DNA from: a bacterium
GTDB lineage: Bacteria; Patescibacteriota; Patescibacteriia; 2-01-FULL-39-33
Direction of reading: 5' to 3'
Assembly (NCBI GenBank): GCA_029558735.1
Contig: JAKQDP010000038.1
Coordinates: forward strand, 1-60,494
DNA: 60,494 nt
The notes beneath the pieces were generated by a model that ran no database searches, had not been told where the DNA came from, and was given only the letters and a program-made list of their open reading frames with translations. The position numbers were made by a program, and so were the translations under genes. The number at the start of each line of letters is the position of its first letter. Positions within the stretch are counted from its first letter, which is position 1. Shown here one piece after another: positions 58,710-60,494 of the stretch.

Positions 58710-60239
58710 ATGGCCCCACCCCGAAAAATTCTGAAAAGTTTGCCCCTGGTCGGTTTCGGCCAAACCCCAATGGAACTGGACCGGCGCGCCGACTGGGAAA
58801 ATTTCGCCTTGAAAATCATTAACCATTTTCGCTCCGGCAATGTCGCTTTGGTGGCGGAAACCGGGGCTGGCAAAACCGTCATCGCCCTGATGGCGATTAT
58901 CGCCAAAGATTGGCGGACGCTGTTTCTAGCGCCGCAACGCTATTTGGCCGGCCAACACCAAAAATTGCTAGATCGGATTTCCGGCGAAAGGGTGCCCAGC
59001 CAAATGTACACCGGCCTGACCAAAAAACGAGACTGGAACAGTTTGGCCGACCGGATTATTTTTGCCACGCCCCATATCGCCCTCAATGATTACCGGCGGC
59101 AATTAATCGACCTGTCTCAATTTGACCTGGTCGTCATTGATGAATTTCACAAAGCGATCGGCGATTATCCTTATGTGTCGCTCGCCCAAGTCGCCAGCTC
59201 AAAACGGCTAAAAATTCTCGCCCTGTCCGCCTCACCGGGCGGCGATTTGGAAAAAATTGAAACAGTCCGAAAAAATTGCCGTATCAGCCACTGGCTCAAA
59301 GCGGAAATCAAAACTCCGACAAAAAACGAATACCTCGAAATGGTCAAGCTGGACGACAATCTGAAAAAAATCGAGCAACTGTTTTTGTCCCTGCTAAGAG
59401 ATACTGCTCTGGACCTGACTTGTTACGGTTTGACCGTTAATGAAAAAAAACTGCCGACCATCAAAGAGCTGAATCGGCTCAAGGAATGCGTCGACAGTCT
59501 TAAAGGCGAAGAAGTATTCTACCCGGCGATTTCCGCCTATGCTCGTTACGCCAAATTGCGCCACGCTTATGCGATTACCATTTCTGAGGGCTATGGTTCG
59601 TTTTTGGCCTATTTGGAAAAACTGCGTAAGGATCAAAGCCGGGCGGTCCATGATATTTTCCAGAAAAACGACTTCCACGAAATTGTCGCCTTGGCGCGAC
59701 AAAACCAGCTCAACCACCCCAAAGTCTATCAGCTGCTGCAACTGGCCAGCAATTTGAAAGAACGGGGCAAAACTGCGCTGGTATTTGTCGGTCTTAAAGA
59801 CACCGCCGAAATGCTGCTTGATTTTATGGAGCGCTATAAAATCAAAGCCGACATCGTTTTTGGCGGCGCTGACAAAAATCTTAGTCACCAAGAAAAAGTC
59901 TTGGACCAATTGGCCGACCGCCAATTGGACTGTCTAATTTGCACCTCCGTCATGGAAGAGGGGGTATCAATCGGCGAAGTGGATAGCGTTATCCACTACT
60001 CAATGCCGCCGACGGAAATCTCCCGCCTGCAACGAAGCGGCCGAACCGGTCGGCTGCGTAGCGGCGAAGTGATTTATTTGGCGATTGACCATGCGCTGGA
60101 CACCAATCGCTACTTTGCCACCAAAAGAAAGCTAGAGCGAATGAAAGAGGCCTTGCGCCAAAATTCGTTCGACCCGGCCGATTCAGAAACTATCCGCTAC
60201 CACAAGCGGAAAATCGACCGGACTCTGCCACTTATTTAA
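58710..60239 (+). CDS. Hef/FANCM/Mph1-like SF2 helicase (no ERCC4 nuclease domain)
   Basis: ETGAGKT, ATP, DEFHKA.G.YPY, SASPG, HPK, TSVMEEG and QRSGRTGR motifs; SD AGGAGG. Confidence 0.87.
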   Translation: MAPPRKILKSLPLVGFGQTPMELDRRADWENFALKIINHFRSGNVALVAETGAGKTVIALMAIIAKDWRTLFLAPQRYLAGQHQKLLDRISGERVPSQMYTGLTKKRDWNSLADRIIFATPHIALNDYRRQLIDLSQFDLVVIDEFHKAIGDYPYVSLAQVASSKRLKILALSASPGGDLEKIETVRKNCRISHWLKAEIKTPTKNEYLEMVKLDDNLKKIEQLFLSLLRDTALDLTCYGLTVNEKKLPTIKELNRLKECVDSLKGEEVFYPAISAYARYAKLRHAYAITISEGYGSFLAYLEKLRKDQSRAVHDIFQKNDFHEIVALARQNQLNHPKVYQLLQLASNLKERGKTALVFVGLKDTAEMLLDFMERYKIKADIVFGGADKNLSHQEKVLDQLADRQLDCLICTSVMEEGVSIGEVDSVIHYSMPPTEISRLQRSGRTGRLRSGEVIYLAIDHALDTNRYFATKRKLERMKEALRQNSFDPADSETIRYHKRKIDRTLPLI

Positions 60240-60244
60240 AAGAC

Positions 60245-60278
60245 TATCCCGTCCCGAATCCTCGGGGCGGGATATTTT
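60245..60278 (+). terminator. Terminator
   Basis: TATCCCGTCCCGA..TCGGGGCGGGATA followed by TTTT. Confidence 0.7.
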
Positions 60279-60288
60279 AATTCCATAT

Positions 60289-60494
60289 TTGTTAAAAAAA
60301 ATCGAAACGATATTAGCAGTTGAAGCCAAACCGCAAGCCCAACAGAAAAAACACGCCGAGCGAGGCCGCTTTCCCGGGGTGGCACCGATTGGCTATCTCA
60401 ACGACCGGAAAAATAAGACGCTTCTTGTTGATGAAGTAAAAGCACCATACATTAAAATGGCTTTTGAGTTTTATGCTACCGGCAAGCATTCGTA
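60289..60494 (+). CDS. Serine-recombinase 'Recombinase' domain fragment (runs off window)
   Basis: Open frame from TTG 60289: ..HAERGRFPGVAPIGYLNDRKNKTLLVDEVKAPYIKMAFEFYATGKHS; not in the ORF track. Confidence 0.7.
   Translation, partial: MLKKIETILAVEAKPQAQQKKHAERGRFPGVAPIGYLNDRKNKTLLVDEVKAPYIKMAFEFYATGKHS

Overview
60.5 kb of a small-genome bacterial chromosome using genetic code 11, most likely Patescibacteria/CPR (Parcubacteria-like). This is inferred from the complete type IV pilus operon without a secretin, core genes that lack Shine-Dalgarno sites, Lys-rich N-terminally extended RpoD, and typical surface-protein families. In order it contains: a GT4 glycosyltransferase; a pilBC / minor pilin / pilMNOP cluster; an Rrf2-iscU-nfu-iscS Fe-S operon; rpmA, rplI, acyP and ctpA; two tandem i-type-lysozyme-like genes beside murA; tatD, cvpA, metG and rsmI; a DUF134-led metal/redox operon; a large surface protein; gpmI; a decayed PAS/ferritin-like/histidine-kinase cluster; an ABC exporter; apparently foreign SD-led lipoproteins including a GH17-PASTA protein; and an IS3 remnant, a truncated ATPase and a frameshifted HNH gene. 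Then come dnaG-rpoD, oxidative-stress genes and a Hef/FANCM-like helicase. The most unusual locus is 51019-51892. There, tRNA-Asn(GTT) is split inside the anticodon by a 268-nt group I intron. It is bracketed by partial duplicates of its own 5' and 3' ends, each interrupted by a hairpin-rich insert (109 nt in the D-loop, 125 nt in the T-loop). Next to it is an amber-interrupted four-helix-bundle gene flanked by inverted heptamer arrays.
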